DNA of 64,000 nucleotides, from positions 928,001 through 992,000 of the forward strand of contig CBDATQ010000002.1 of the NCBI GenBank assembly GCA_965199955.1, written 5' to 3'. Of the stretch, positions 21,063 through 29,521 are shown one piece after another. This DNA is from Spirochaetia bacterium. Its GTDB lineage: Bacteria; Spirochaetota; Spirochaetia; SZUA-6; Bin103. Position 1 is the stretch's first letter, and each line of letters begins with the position of its first letter. The position numbers and the translations under genes are program-made. The notes beneath the pieces are model-generated. The model searched no databases, had not been told where the DNA came from, and saw only the letters and a list, made by a program, of their open reading frames with translations.

Positions 21063-21899
21063 TCAGCATGCGCCCGTGGTCTTGCCTCGCAGCATCGGCA
21101 CAGGTGTGGCTGTGCCGTCGGCGAGCGCGCGTACGGGATCGCAACCGGCGTTCGCAACCGCTTCGGCGCCGAAGGAGAAGCCGGCCCAGGGCGGGAGTCG
21201 GAGCGGATCGTATCCGGCCCGGCGGGCGGCATCGTCTCCGTAGAGGCAGGCGAAGCAGGTAGCGAGCCGATCGGAGTCGAGGTGCCTGCCCATCACCTCG
21301 GCCGTGCGTGAAAGCGCGGCGGGATCCAGCCGATGCTCGGGTGTCCCGCCGAAGCGGGCCGCCAGCCCTTCCTGCAGCAGGCGGTCGCGCAGCAGCCGCG
21401 GCTCGCCGTGCCTGCGCTGATAGGCCAGGCGATACGCCGCCTCCGCCGCGGCGGCCTCGATCCGTTCCGGAGCGTGCGCGTGGGGCGGATCTCCCGTCCA
21501 GAGCACACAGACGGCCCAGCCGCGCGTGCGGAGCGCCCGGCCCTGGAAGCGTACCTGCTCATCCGACAGGCAGCGGTCGGTCCAGCCGCCGCCCGCGTCG
21601 TCGGCCAGCACCAGCGCCACCCGCATCACGCCGCCGAGCGCGTCCTCCGGCAGTCGATCCGCCACCCGCGTCAGCGCCCTGCGCGCCGTCGCCTCGGCGC
21701 CGGCGTCGATGAGCCGGTCGAGCACGGTCACGACGTGGTCGGAGCCCATGGGATTGAACAGGGGCAGCGGCAGCTTCAGGTCGCCGCGCCCGTCGGTCAT
21801 CGCGTCCAGGTAGGCGCGAAAGCGCCGCGGGCCGCGCGGAATGTCGTAGAGCCCGCGCTGGACCTCCAGCGTCGGGACCAGCGTGGGGAGGCGGCTCAG
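21063..21899 (-). CDS. Hypothetical protein (start uncertain)
   Basis: Coding-like frame LEVQRGLYDIPRG...NPMGS...GGGWTDR...QEG...CLYGDDAA, abutting the epimerase stop. Confidence 0.65.
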   Translation of the reverse strand: MSRLPTLVPTLEVQRGLYDIPRGPRRFRAYLDAMTDGRGDLKLPLPLFNPMGSDHVVTVLDRLIDAGAEATARRALTRVADRLPEDALGGVMRVALVLADDAGGGWTDRCLSDEQVRFQGRALRTRGWAVCVLWTGDPPHAHAPERIEAAAAEAAYRLAYQRRHGEPRLLRDRLLQEGLAARFGGTPEHRLDPAALSRTAEVMGRHLDSDRLATCFACLYGDDAARRAGYDPLRLPPWAGFSFGAEAVANAGCDPVRALADGTATPVPMLRGKTTGAC

Positions 21900-22918
21900 A
21901 GCTTCGTGGCGATGATGTCGCTCGCGCCGTCGCGGACGAAACGGACGGCGTCGTCGACCATCTGCCGGAAGGAGAACGGCGGGTCGTAGCCGAAGTCCCG
22001 GCGGGCCGCCGAAAGGTCGTGCTCGTAGTAGGTGGGCGTGACCGGCAGGTCGAAGGTCGAGCAGGGGGCGCCGAGCCGCTCGGCCAGGTAGGGGACGACG
22101 GTGTCCCAGGTGATCGGCCGGCCCGAGGCGAGCTGGTAGACCCTGCCGAAGGTGTTCGCGTTGCCCGTGGCGCGCTCGTAGGCGTGCACGATGTCCCGCA
22201 CCTCCACCGTGTGCTTCTTCCACGGCCGTCCGCGGCGGTCGCGGGCGACGATCAGGTGGGGCTCGCCGGCATAGACGGCACGCATGGCAGCGAGCACCTC
22301 CCGCGCATCCTCATCGGAGCTCGATTCGAGCTGATCGATGAAGGTCCACAGGTGGAACTGCGGGAAGCTGAGCATCTCGCCGGCGCCGAAGGCGAAGCTG
22401 TAGCGGAACACGGTCGCCGGCATGCCCTCGTCCCGGACGTAGCGGTCCACCAGGTGCTCGGTGAGGATCTTGCTGTACCCGTACCAGCCGGTCGTGTCCA
22501 GCGGGAGCGTGTCGACACCGATCGGCTCCTCGATGCCGTCCTCCGGGTACTTGTGCATGGTCGCGTCGGTGCTGGAGACGATCACGTGCCGCAGTCTGGA
22601 GCCCAGCCCGGAGGCGGCTTGAAGCACGTTGAAGGTGCCCTTGACATTGGTGTCGAAGTACTGCTCCGGCGTGAACGGGCCGCCGGCCTGAAAGGCGGCG
22701 CCCAGGTGCAGGATCACCTCCTGGCCGTCGGCCGCGGCGGTCACGTCGGCGTAGCGGATCAGATCGCCCTCGACGATCTCCGCGCCGAGCTGCCGCAGCT
22801 TGTCGCCTTGCCGGTCCTGCGGCCAGACGAAGCCGCGCACGGCGTGCCCGCGGTCCAGGAAGTGGCGGGCGATGTTGGCGCCGATGCGGCCGGTGATGCC
22901 GGTGATCAGGATGTTCAT
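21896..22918 (-). CDS. NAD-dependent epimerase/dehydratase
   Basis: MNILITGITGRIG, HLGA and YGYSK. Confidence 0.9.
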   Translation of the reverse strand: MNILITGITGRIGANIARHFLDRGHAVRGFVWPQDRQGDKLRQLGAEIVEGDLIRYADVTAAADGQEVILHLGAAFQAGGPFTPEQYFDTNVKGTFNVLQAASGLGSRLRHVIVSSTDATMHKYPEDGIEEPIGVDTLPLDTTGWYGYSKILTEHLVDRYVRDEGMPATVFRYSFAFGAGEMLSFPQFHLWTFIDQLESSSDEDAREVLAAMRAVYAGEPHLIVARDRRGRPWKKHTVEVRDIVHAYERATGNANTFGRVYQLASGRPITWDTVVPYLAERLGAPCSTFDLPVTPTYYEHDLSAARRDFGYDPPFSFRQMVDDAVRFVRDGASDIIATKL

Positions 22919-23047
22919 GATCGGGTGGTGGTGCGCCAGCCGACGATAGGCCGCGGGGCGCGGGCCGTCCACCGCCCGCGGGCGCGCTCGCCATCCGCTT
23001 CGGCGCTGAAGTACGCTTCGGCTCCGAAGAGCGCGGAGGAGGCTCGC

Positions 23048-23638
23048 ATGGCAACGGAAGCAGACGGCGTGCTGATCATCGTCGGCGACGCCACCGAGAC
23101 GGTGGACACACTCTATCCGTTCCTGCGCGTGCAGGAGGAAGGGTTCCGGCCAGTGGTCGCCGGCCCCGAGCGGCGGCGTTACCAGATGGTGCTGCACGAG
23201 ATCCCGCAGAGCGGCTGGGAGATCACGCGCGAGTACGAGGGCTACACCATCCAGGCGGAGGTGGCCTTCGCCGACGTGCGGCCCGAGGAGTACGTCGGAC
23301 TCTTCTTCTCCGGCGGCCGGGCGCCCGAGTACATCCGCTACGACCCGGACCTGGTGCGGATCACCCGCCACTTCTTCGAGCGCGACAAGCCGGTGGCCTC
23401 GGTCTGCCACGGCGTGGAGATCCCGGCCTACGCCGGGGTGGTGAAGGGGCGGACGATGGCGTGCGTGCCCAAGTGCCGGTTCGACCTGGAGGTGTGCGGC
23501 GGGATCTATTCCGAGGAGCCGTGGGCGGTCGACGGCAACCTGGTGTCCGGCCGTACGTGGCACGACCACGGCCGCTACATGCAGCACTGGATGGCCCTGC
23601 TGCACGCCGAGCGCACGCGCATGGAGGAGGCGGCATGA
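23048..23638 (+). CDS. DJ-1/PfpI family protein
   Basis: GDATETVDTLYP, SGGRAPEYIR, SVCHG and VDGNLVSGRTW. Confidence 0.9.
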   Translation: MATEADGVLIIVGDATETVDTLYPFLRVQEEGFRPVVAGPERRRYQMVLHEIPQSGWEITREYEGYTIQAEVAFADVRPEEYVGLFFSGGRAPEYIRYDPDLVRITRHFFERDKPVASVCHGVEIPAYAGVVKGRTMACVPKCRFDLEVCGGIYSEEPWAVDGNLVSGRTWHDHGRYMQHWMALLHAERTRMEEAA

Positions 23639-24477
23639 GCAGTCCGATGAAGCTGGGATACGGCACCTACGCCATGCAGAAGCTGGACGTGTACGAGGCG
23701 CTGCCGCGGCTGCGCGCGCTCGGCTACGAGACGATCGAGATCATGGGCGAGGAGGGCTGGTCGACGGCGCCGGACCTGATGGACCGCGAGGACCGCACGC
23801 GGCTCGCAGGCACCATTCGCGACCTGGGGTTCGACCTGTCGGCGGTGATGGCACTGCTGCCCCTCTGCGAGGAGGGCGCCGGCCGGCCGGCGCTGCTGGA
23901 GCGGTTCCGGGCCATCTGCGCCCTGGCCCGCGACCTGTGGCTGGACGACGAGCCGGCGGTGGTCAGTTCGCCGCCGGCGCATCCGCACCCGCCCTGGGAC
24001 GGAGGGCGCGAGAGGATCGCGGCCAGCCTGCTGGAGCTGGCCGACATCGCCCGCGATCACGGCGTCGTCCTTGCCGCCGAGCCGCACGTCGGCGGCGCCC
24101 TGGACGCCCCGGAGAAGGCTGTCTGGCTGATGGAGCGGACCGATCATCCGGCCCTGCGGATCAACTTCGACATAAGCCACTTCCACGTGCAGGGGATGGA
24201 TCTCCGGCACAGCGTCGACCTGTGCCTGCCGCACGCCGTGCACATCCACGTCAAGGATGGGTACCTCGACGCCGACGGCAACGTCGTCTTCCAGCTTCCC
24301 GGCGAGGGGAGCCTGGACCTGGGCGAGTACTTCCGCCTGGTGGTTGGGCACCGCACGGACATCGCGGTAACCGCCGAAGTGAGCGCCATGATCTGGAAGC
24401 GTCCCGACTACGATCCCTGGGATGCGGCGGAACGTTGCTATGCCGCCCTTGCGGCAGCGAGGGACTCCGTCGCCTGA
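23635..24477 (+). CDS. Sugar-phosphate isomerase/epimerase
   Basis: AAEPH, NFDISH, HIHVKD and TAEVS. Confidence 0.85.
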   Translation: MSSPMKLGYGTYAMQKLDVYEALPRLRALGYETIEIMGEEGWSTAPDLMDREDRTRLAGTIRDLGFDLSAVMALLPLCEEGAGRPALLERFRAICALARDLWLDDEPAVVSSPPAHPHPPWDGGRERIAASLLELADIARDHGVVLAAEPHVGGALDAPEKAVWLMERTDHPALRINFDISHFHVQGMDLRHSVDLCLPHAVHIHVKDGYLDADGNVVFQLPGEGSLDLGEYFRLVVGHRTDIAVTAEVSAMIWKRPDYDPWDAAERCYAALAAARDSVA

Positions 24478-24491
24478 CGTTCCATGACCCG

Positions 24492-24941
24492 GTGATACGT
24501 CCCATCGCGCGGGAGGACCTGGAGGACTGCGCGCGGCTGTTCCGCGAGGTGTTCGCCGAGCCGCCGTACCGGGAGTCCTGGAGTGCTGCACAGGCGCTCA
24601 CCTATCTCGAACGGTTCTGGCGGTTCGACCCCGAGCACTGCCTGCTGGCGCTCGACGGCGAGGAGGTGACCGGAGCGATGTTCGGCTACCGCTACCCTTG
24701 GCGGAACCGCGTCAACTACTACATCCAGGAGCTGTTCGTGCGGGCCGATCGGAGGCGGTCAGGGCGCGGTCGCGGACTCATCCGCCACCTGCTCGACTCG
24801 CTCGGCACGAAGGCCTCCATCTCCCTGATCGCCAACAGGACGACGCCCGCGGCGAGGTTCTACGAAGAGCTGGGGCTGCGGCAGCACCAGCGCTACAAGT
24901 TCTACGCCGGCATGGTGCGTGCGGAGACGATCAGGCGGTAG
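24492..24941 (+). CDS. GNAT acetyltransferase
   Basis: [17 protein letters not shown] and ARFYEELG. Confidence 0.85.
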   Translation: MIRPIAREDLEDCARLFREVFAEPPYRESWSAAQALTYLERFWRFDPEHCLLALDGEEVTGAMFGYRYPWRNRVNYYIQELFVRADRRRSGRGRGLIRHLLDSLGTKASISLIANRTTPAARFYEELGLRQHQRYKFYAGMVRAETIRR

Positions 24942-25704
24942 ACGGGGGCTGGTACGCTTCCCAGAGCGCCCGGTAGTAGCGGAGCAGGCGCTCCCCGTCG
25001 GCGTTGCCCTGGATCTCGGCCAGCGTGTATCCGGTGTAGCCGTCGCGCTGGAGCCTCGCGAACAGGTCGCGCCACGGGTAGTCGGTGTGTAGCTCGTTGA
25101 TGTGCACGAGTCCGATCTTGTGGCGCAGCAGCCCGTAGGCTTCGTCGATGGAGCCGTTCACGGGCTCGCCCGGGTTAGAGTTCCAGCAGAGATAGGCGTT
25201 GTCGTGGTCGGCGTGATCGATGATGGTGCGCATCCGGCGCGGCTCCTGCGTCTCGCGGCCGTGCACCTCGACCCGGACCGCGACGCCCAGGTCGGCGGCT
25301 GCCTGCGCGCACTCGCGGACGGCCAGCCCGATCTGTTCCAGGGTCTTCTCCTCGGGGATGCCCGCCTCAGTCTGCAGGCCGTTGGGGCGCACCTTGATGC
25401 CGGGACAGCCCAGGTCGGCGGCGAGCTTCGCGTAGGCGATGGTGCCGTCGATGTTCTCGCGCACGACCGCCGGATCGACGGCATGGTACTCGAACGCGCT
25501 GCCCAGGCCGGCGATCTCCACGCCGCCGTCGGCGAACTGCTGCCGCACCTCCGCGCGCTCGGCGGCGCTCAGCTCCACCTCCACGCCGTGCGCGTGGGTG
25601 GTGCGGAGCTCGACGCCGGACATGCTTGCGGCGTTGCACATGCTGATGAGCGTGGGAACGTCCCACTCGGCACCGATCTGGTACGTGACGAATCCAAGTT
25701 TCAC
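24931..25704 (-). CDS. Sugar-phosphate isomerase/epimerase
   Basis: KLGFVTYQIG, VELRTTHAHGVE, KVRPNG and RVEVHG; SD AGGAGGAG upstream. Confidence 0.85.
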   Translation of the reverse strand: MKLGFVTYQIGAEWDVPTLISMCNAASMSGVELRTTHAHGVEVELSAAERAEVRQQFADGGVEIAGLGSAFEYHAVDPAVVRENIDGTIAYAKLAADLGCPGIKVRPNGLQTEAGIPEEKTLEQIGLAVRECAQAAADLGVAVRVEVHGRETQEPRRMRTIIDHADHDNAYLCWNSNPGEPVNGSIDEAYGLLRHKIGLVHINELHTDYPWRDLFARLQRDGYTGYTLAEIQGNADGERLLRYYRALWEAYQPPSTA

Positions 25705-26156
25705 GGCAACTCCTCCTGCGGCTCGGTCGCGGTCCCGCACCGTAGCGGAGGAGGCGCGCAGTGTCCACGCATCAGGGCGCGCCGAGGATGTCGGCCAGGT
25801 GGGCAAAGCCGCCGCGCACGGGCCCTCTCCGTCAGCGGCCCCCGTTGGCATGTCGGCCTTGCTGTCGACCGGCGGTCCGGAAGACGAGCTGAAACCTGCC
25901 GTGCAGCGCCTTGCGCGCGTCATCGGCCGATATGGGAGGTCACTATAGAACCTGCCGCGTGCAGGCACAGAGAGTGGCCCGTTGGTCTTCAGGCGATGCT
26001 CTATTTGGCCGACCACGGACTTAGATCAGGAGCGAAGATAGTTGCGAATTACACAACGCCAGTAGCGCGGGAGATTTCGGCATGGCAGGTAGGCGGAGGG
26101 GCGGTACCATCGTACCCACGGCATCCTGGGCTTCAGCCGGTTGCCCCTTGGCCCGC

Positions 26157-26185
26157 TTGACGCCACGGTGTCGGTCTACCATGCT
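26157..26185 (+). promoter_or_regulatory. Putative sigma70 promoter of the nuclease gene
   Basis: TTGACG-N17-CATGCT, 9 nt before ATG 26195. Confidence 0.45.
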
Positions 26186-26194
26186 CAGCACGCC

Positions 26195-27376
26195 ATGTCG
26201 CTGGGAACAACGCTCGCCGACATAACGACGAGGTTACGCAAGAACGGGTATCCGAACGAGCAGGCGATCTCGCAAGGAATCGTCCTTAGGCTACTTCGGG
26301 AACTGGGTTGGGACACGTATGATCCCACTGTGGTCTGGCCCGAATACCAGACAGGAGACGGACGAGCGGACTTCGCACTGTGTCATCCGCGATCGAAGCC
26401 GGCGATTGTTATCGAGGTCAAGCAGGTGGGCAGAGCGGACGGCGCCGTGAGGCAGGCGCTACAGTATGCGTTCCACTGTGGCGTGCCTTTCGTAGTTCTC
26501 ACCGATGGCAGATTCTGGAACTTCTACCTTCCAGCTGCGCAGGGTGACTACGAGGATCGACGGATTCATCGACTTGACCTGTTTGATCGGTCGGCGAGCG
26601 AAGCCACGGAAGCGTTTCGGCGCTATCTCGCTCATGAGAACGTAACTTCCGGCCAATCGCTCAAGACTGCACAAGCCGAGTACGACACGCTTAGCAAACG
26701 CACGCAAGCGACAGGGGCCATGTCTGAAGTCTGGCGAGAATTGGTGGAAGAAAGAGCCGAGGCACTAATCGAGGTTCTGCTAAACGCGGTGGAATCCAAG
26801 GTAGGGTACCGTCCGAACCCAGACGATGCTGCTGAATTCCTGAGTACTCGACTTGCCGTGGTACCCGCAGCACCGCAGTCCGGAAGTACTGCCGCACAAG
26901 ACGACTCAACCGCTGTAGCACCTTCAAGCCGTGCCAAGAGAGGCGTGACCACTGTGTCGAAGACACGTGCAGGAGAGACCATCTCGCCTGTATCTCCGGA
27001 TAGCCCTGTATCTCCGGATAGCAGGGTGCCGCTTGCCGAGGAAAAGACACTCTACATCGTCGGCAACAGGTACCAATTCCCGACCGCCAACAAAGCGCTG
27101 GCCATCGTGCTTCGAGAGCTGGCGAACAAGGACCCTTCCTTTCTCGAGCGTTGTGCACGCGATCCACGCGCTCAAGGTAGAAAGCGGCGTCTCATCGGCC
27201 GAACACCCGAAGAGCTCTATCCGCACGACAAGAAGCGCTGGCCTGATCACGAGAAGTTGCCGGGAGGATGGGTGATCGCTACTCACAACAGTAATTCTCG
27301 AAAGCGCCGGTTCATTGAATTCGCTGCCGAAGTCGCTGGAGTTAAGATGGACAAGGATATCGTGATCCCGTTTTGA
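26195..27376 (+). CDS. HsdR-N-type PD-(D/E)XK nuclease with C-terminal SeqA-C-like domain
   Basis: PEY...RADFAL...IEVK...QALQYAF...LTDGRFW; low-complexity linker; C-terminal GRKRRLIGRTPEEL...LPGGWVIATHNSNSRK. Confidence 0.8.
   Translation: MSLGTTLADITTRLRKNGYPNEQAISQGIVLRLLRELGWDTYDPTVVWPEYQTGDGRADFALCHPRSKPAIVIEVKQVGRADGAVRQALQYAFHCGVPFVVLTDGRFWNFYLPAAQGDYEDRRIHRLDLFDRSASEATEAFRRYLAHENVTSGQSLKTAQAEYDTLSKRTQATGAMSEVWRELVEERAEALIEVLLNAVESKVGYRPNPDDAAEFLSTRLAVVPAAPQSGSTAAQDDSTAVAPSSRAKRGVTTVSKTRAGETISPVSPDSPVSPDSRVPLAEEKTLYIVGNRYQFPTANKALAIVLRELANKDPSFLERCARDPRAQGRKRRLIGRTPEELYPHDKKRWPDHEKLPGGWVIATHNSNSRKRRFIEFAAEVAGVKMDKDIVIPF
26987..27022 (+). repeat. In-frame 18-bp tandem duplication
   Basis: (CCTGTATCTCCGGATAGC)x2 encoding PVSPDS twice in the linker. 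Confidence 0.9.
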
Positions 27377-27611
27377 TAAGGATTGCTTCGCCGGACTGTC
27401 GCTCGCCACGAATCCGGCCTGCGAGTCGTGAATTGGCTGCCAAGGGAGGGGACGTTTTCAGGGACCTCTCAAGCCCGAGCGCTGCCCTTGAAGCTCCGCT
27501 TCCGGCTCCGATTGTTAACCCAAGCCGGGCTTGGCTTCGATTCCCCGCCCGGACGGGCGCTATATAACAGCCGCTCAGCCGCCTCGGCGGTTGGCCCTAT
27601 ACGCGGTGGCT

Positions 27612-27990
27612 ATGGTATCATTCGCTCAGGCACTTGAGGCTGGGTACCTTTCAGCGTTGCGCGGCCTGCCGAAAGACCACTACCACTACCACTACCACTG
27701 TTACTTCGGTACCCGTATCGAGAACGTCGAGCGCTGGCTGGGGCTGAGGCGCGTATCTGCGAAGCGATCGACTCGGGCATGTTCGAGTCCATCGATCTGT
27801 ACGGCGATGAAGCTGGATGCTCACTCGATTCCGTGGTCCCGCTCTATGACCGCGCTCGATCGGCAGGAATAAAGCTGAAGGCGCACGTGGGCGAATTCGA
27901 AGGACCGGAACGGGTGAGGGAGGCCGCTGACCGACTCGGATTGGCGGAGATCCAGCACGGAATCGCAGCGGCAGAGTCCGAGGACGAATC
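27612..27990 (+). pseudogene. Adenosine-deaminase-family relic (two fragments in different frames)
   Basis: LRGLPKDHYH...HC, then IDLYGDE...KAHVGEF...IQHGIAAA. End approximate. Confidence 0.7.
27676..27699 (+). repeat. Hexanucleotide microsatellite (ACCACT)4
   Basis: Read directly from the sequence; encodes HYHYHYH. Confidence 0.9.
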
Positions 27991-28072
27991 GGAAAGCGGC
28001 GTCGATCGTCCTCGGTTCCGGTTCATCGACAGGGCGATGCGCGCGTCCCGTGAGCGTAAAGGGGAGGAACCG

Positions 28073-28498
28073 ATGGCACCGACATTCGTCGTCGAGGAGA
28101 CGATCGAGAGACCGGCAGGGGAAGTGTGGGAGGCCCTTACCGACTGGAGCAACGCCCACCGGTGGATGCCCGGCGTCGACCGGATGGAGGCTCGGGGCGA
28201 GACCGCGGAGGGCACGGAGATCCGCTTCCATGCCCGAAACGCGGAGCGGACGTCGGTCATTGCCCGCTGCGATGTTGGGCGGTCGATCGTGCTGCGATCT
28301 GTGCAGGGCGGAGTGACCGCGGACTACACGTACGAGCTGGATCCGGCCGATGACGCCGCTACCCGCGTGACGCTGGTCGCCGAGTGCCGCTTCCGCGGGC
28401 TGCTTCTCCTGGTGATGTCGCCGCTCATCCGGCGGGCGATCCGCAGCGCCGACGGCGTACAACTCAAGCAACTCAAGAAGGTCGTGGAGGCGGACTGA
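28073..28498 (+). CDS. SRPBCC/polyketide-cyclase family protein
   Basis: IERPAGEVWEALTD...WMPG...LKQLKKVVE; SD GAGGA. Confidence 0.85.
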   Translation: MAPTFVVEETIERPAGEVWEALTDWSNAHRWMPGVDRMEARGETAEGTEIRFHARNAERTSVIARCDVGRSIVLRSVQGGVTADYTYELDPADDAATRVTLVAECRFRGLLLLVMSPLIRRAIRSADGVQLKQLKKVVEAD

Positions 28499-28515
28499 CC
28501 GGCCGCGCCGGACGC

Positions 28516-29382
28516 TCAGGTGCCGGCCGGCGCGGCCGCGGATTCGTAGATCCGCACCCACTCCTCGGCCGACGGGCAGACGGATGCGGGGTCTCTCCGG
28601 CTGCGGGCGATGAACCCCGGCACCTGCTGACGGCCGGTGGGAAGGTCGGGGTGCGAGTAGCGCAGGTCGAGGCTCCAGCGGATGTGGTCGGAGACGTTCG
28701 GTATCGAGCGGTGCATGGTCTTGTGCTGGGTCAGGAGCACGCCGCCGACGCGCACCGCGCAGAGGACGCGCTCGCCGTCGGGGAGCTGCTCGTCGACGAC
28801 GCCCTTGAAGTTGCCCGCCGGTCCCATGCCACGCTCGTGGCTGATCAGCGGCGCGCGGTGGCTGCCGGCGATGACCTCCATGCAGCCGTTCTCCCGCGTG
28901 GCGTCGACCAGCGGGATCCAGAGGTTGACCATGAAGGTCGCCTCGGCGTCGGGCTGCAGGTAGCCCAGGTCCTGGTGCCACGGCACGACGCCCTCGTCCT
29001 GATGGGGCCGCTTGGCGCGGACGTTGAACTGCGGATGAGCCAGGATCTCCGGCCCGATCACGGACTCGACGATGTCGAGGAGGGACGGACAGGTGTAGAT
29101 CCGGAACATCCCCGGCGTGCGCTGCTTGCCGCGGCCCAGGTCCAGCAGGGGGGCCGGGTCGTCGAGTTGCAGCGCCAGCGCGTGGAACCGGCGCTCGAAC
29201 GGCTCGTCCGCGTGCGCGTCGGACAGCCGGCCGTCGGCCATCGCGGTGTGCGCGAAGGCGTCGATGTTCGCGTCGAGCTCGGCGCAGAACGGCTTGAGCA
29301 CCGCCGGGTCGATGGCGTCGTCGACGAGGAGGTAGCCCTCATCGCGGAAGAAGGCGAATTGTCGCTCGGTCAGTCCCGACAT
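28516..29382 (-). CDS. Phytanoyl-CoA dioxygenase (PhyH) family protein
   Basis: VPWHQD, NGCMEVIAGSH, MHRS and RWSLDLRY. Confidence 0.92.
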   Translation of the reverse strand: MSGLTERQFAFFRDEGYLLVDDAIDPAVLKPFCAELDANIDAFAHTAMADGRLSDAHADEPFERRFHALALQLDDPAPLLDLGRGKQRTPGMFRIYTCPSLLDIVESVIGPEILAHPQFNVRAKRPHQDEGVVPWHQDLGYLQPDAEATFMVNLWIPLVDATRENGCMEVIAGSHRAPLISHERGMGPAGNFKGVVDEQLPDGERVLCAVRVGGVLLTQHKTMHRSIPNVSDHIRWSLDLRYSHPDLPTGRQQVPGFIARSRRDPASVCPSAEEWVRIYESAAAPAGT

Positions 29383-29521
29383 GCGTGGTTCCCTCCGGGT
29401 CAGGCTGACCAGCTTACCCCGATTCGGTCGCGCGCGGGGCAGTGAGCGTAGCGAACCTCACTCGAAGAGTGAACCTTTTGCCCTTGAACCGCGCCCTGTG
29501 AGATGAAGCCGGACAGGACCG

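Noticed and set aside
25710..26140. ncRNA in the long intergenic region
   Set aside because: No convincing stems or known motifs by eye; probably decayed coding DNA. An Rfam/Infernal scan would be decisive.
27520..27534. Palindrome CCAAGCC-G-GGCTTGG
   Set aside because: Short, single copy and not positioned as a clear terminator or operator.
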